A DNA stretch of 25,189 nucleotides, from NCBI GenBank assembly GCA_010093605.1, contig MU004201.1, positions 563,106-588,294 of the forward strand, written 5' to 3'. The notes under the pieces were generated by a model that saw only the letters and a list, made by a program, of their open reading frames with translations, was not told the DNA's origin and made no database searches. Positions 22,648 to 25,189 of the stretch are shown here, piece after piece (position 1 is the first letter of the stretch; every line of letters begins with the position of its first letter). The position numbers and the translations under genes are program-made. The DNA comes from Lophium mytilinum. Its lineage: Eukaryota.

Positions 22648-22732
22648 ATGACAACGGTAGCTAGTAATAATATTATTACTAGTGTCATCGGGTAACGGTA
22701 GTAAACAACGGTAGTAAACAACGGTAGTAATA
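22648..22732. repeat. Perfect 22 bp palindrome with flanking inverted hexamer, followed by three 13 bp direct repeats
   Basis: CTAGTAATAATATTATTACTAG at 22661-22682, flanked by ATGACA (22648) and TGTCAT (22683); AACGGTAGTAAAC-type units at 22694, 22707 and 22720. Confidence 0.85.
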
Positions 22733-25189
22733 AAAAGGGTTAGTTTCTAAGAGTTCTCTATATAATTTAGTATTACTAGCGTATATTTTATATAGGGACG
22801 CTAATTTAATAAGGGTTAGGCTATTTAAATATTAAATATATATATTTATTTTTATATATACTAATAATACTTAGAATATTTTAAGTAGTACTAGTATATA
22901 CTATAATAGCGCTAGGCTAATACTAGATATACTAAGTAGATATAGTCTATTTAGATTTATATAGAAGCTAAGCTATACTACTTAATAATAATTATATATT
23001 AAACCCCTTTAAAAAAATAGTTTAATACTTTACCTAATAAAATAGATAAATATAGTAAGGGTTAGTAGTTATAGTATATAGAAGTACTATTTTATAATAA
23101 AGCGTCTATATTATTACTACTAGTACTATTTTAACTATTAGATACCTAATATTTAACTTAGTTTCTTAATATAGCATATACTAGATTACTTAAAAATCAA
23201 AAGTAATAACTATTACTGAAAATAATTAAGCAATTTTAAAAGCATATTAACGGGCATAAAAGCGCGGTTATAGTAAAATTATTTTTATAAGATTTGGTAA
23301 ATATTTCACTAAGCTACTTAAAGTAGCTTTAGTAAGCTTATTTTATATAGCAGGGACGTTGAATTAGAGCTCGTTTTAGTGCTAAAACCTTATTTTAACG
23401 CCGCGATTTCTAATTAAAAGCAAAATAATAGCTAAACTAAAGCGTTTTAAATTATTTTTAATTCCTAATATAGTAGAATTTTGCATAGAATAGAGAAAAA
23501 ATATAAAAAATATAATATTACTAAAATAATATATATATATATATAGATACCTTAGAAAGTATTAAATATAGCTAATAGTAGATACTATAGTAATTACCTC
23601 TTATACTAGTATTTTAAATTACTACTATATATAATATATTATATCTAGATTATATCTAGAAAATATTTCTAATATATTAAGTATCTATAGTAAGTAAGAA
23701 TTATCTATTCTATAAGATTATATATAGGTAATAGTACCTTACTAGTATATTTAGGATATAATTACTAGTATAGTATATATATAGTATTAAACTAGATATA
23801 AGAGATCTTAGAAAGCTAATATAATATATACTTTAATACTAAGGCTTACTACTCTTTAAAGGTAATAATAAAAATAACCCTTTTAAATTTCTATTCTAGC
23901 TTAGTAATATATATTTCTACTCTATATAGCTTTATTATAAAGCTATTTAAGTTATATAAGATTCTATAAGAGAAATTCTATTAAAGTTCTATAATACCTA
24001 CTTTTATACTTAGGCCTATTACTACCTAAAATAAGAAATTAGAATTAACCCTTAAAAATTTATCTATCCGCCTAAGACTAAAACCTTTAACTACTAATAC
24101 TAAAAAATACTAGATGCCTAAACTTTAGAAGGGTAGAATTAGTAGAAACTTTTATATACTATAAAGACTTTAACTTAAGTTATTCTTAGTAGTATCTTAA
24201 AACCTAGATAACTATATAACTAAAAATAATAATCTAGTACTTTTAAGTTTCTATATTATTAACTAGACCCTATCTAGATAGCTAAGGGCGTTTTAAAAGG
24301 TATCTATTAGTAGTTATAAAGAAGTATAAACCCACAATTTTTTTTTAATTTTATAGCTATACTATTAACTCCTTACTCCTTTTACAAATAACTAGCAAGC
24401 TAAATTACACTTAAACCAAGAATTCAGAATAGTCAAGCGAGTTAAGCGAGTCAAGTTCAGCCCAATTAATACCCCCCCTAATATCTTTATCTACCTATAT
24501 ATAGTTTCTATAGTAAAATATTAACTTTTAAAGCTTTCTAGTAAATATAAGTAATAGATATTAACTTACGGGTCTTAAAACCAGTTAGAAGGGCCAGCAT
24601 CTTCAGTCGAATAGAGAGTAGAAGAGTTGGAAGGGAAAAAAGAGCTAGAATAGCTATTTTCAACAGAAGCCTTCTCCTTTTCCTTAAGAGAAGTAAGGGG
24701 TTTTTTAGCAGCAGTAGCAGCAGTTAGAAGCTCTAATTAAAGTATAAATTAGCCTAATATAAAAGGTAAAAAAGGGTTAAAAGATAAGTACTTACTTTCT
24801 TCTAAATTGCGAATTTCTCCAGCATAGCATTCACCTAGAATTTGCAATTGAACTTCCAAATTTGTGGAAATCCTTTCCAGCGTCTCAACCCTTCTAAAAA
24901 AAAAGATTAGTATACTAGAAAGTATATAGAAGGGTTTGCATTAAAGGGAAAGTTAAAAAAGTTAATAGAAAATAGTAAACTTACTCCTTCAACTTACACT
25001 CTCTAGGTTTAGTTTTGCTCCCCTTAGGTCTTCCACCCTTTGCAGTAGATTTCTGCACTCTAAAAGCGCGAGAAATCATTGGAATAATTACTTGAGGTGA
25101 AAGAGCTCTCATCTTTTATTGTTGGAAGAAAGAGAAGAGAGTTAGATAAAGAAATAAAGAGTTATCTTAGGGTTCTTTTATATCTAATA
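22690..25189. other. AT-rich, heavily RIP-mutated block, probably repeat/transposon-derived; family unrecognisable
   Basis: Abrupt drop in GC, extreme TpA enrichment with CpA/TpG depletion, and no ORFs in the supplied track beyond 22624. Confidence 0.85.
24411..25112 (-). pseudogene. Four-exon gene for a ~161 aa AT-hook + coiled-coil + acidic-tail protein, with two RIP-type stops
   Basis: Exons 25112-24985, 24893-24796, 24732-24570 and 24507-24411 sum to 486 nt (162 codons). All three introns are GTAAGT...TAG. Translation includes GGRPKGSK, ERVETLERISTNLEVQLQIL and INWAELDSLNSLDYSEFLV*. Internal stops are TAA 24577-24575 and TAG 24497-24495. Confidence 0.8.

Noticed and set aside
22736..23066. 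AGGGTTAG telomere-like words
   Set aside because: They are isolated single units with no tandem TTAGGG array.
23528..23544. (TA)n microsatellite
   Set aside because: Short and expected in RIP-saturated DNA.
22750..24400. Transposase or pol coding in the AT-rich block
   Set aside because: Too heavily mutated for any motif to be recognised by eye.

Overview
This is filamentous-ascomycete genomic DNA, judged from GT..CTAAC..AG introns and a pervasive RIP signature (TpA excess, in-frame CAA/CAG/TGG codons turned into TAA/TAG). Bases 1 to about 22.65 kb are a moderately RIP-mutated, gene-dense accessory-type block in which I found no intact gene. Several long reading frames can be rebuilt by reading through TAA/TAG: a CxC zinc-finger plus ATP-grasp protein (6.1-7.9 kb, +), a degenerate Ty3/Gypsy RT-thumb/RNase H relic (8.5-9.5 kb, -), a fungal PD-(D/E)xK nuclease-like gene (16.9-18.4 kb, +), and a roughly 1080-codon KDM4-type JmjC demethylase fused to a Ulp1/C48-like domain and C-terminal repeats (19.3-22.6 kb, -). 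There are also several unidentifiable gene remnants and five diverged tandem-repeat arrays. After a palindrome at about 22.66 kb the sequence becomes very AT-rich, yet it still holds a 4-exon AT-hook/coiled-coil gene (24.4-25.1 kb, -). All assignments come from manual translation and motif recognition; no searches were run.
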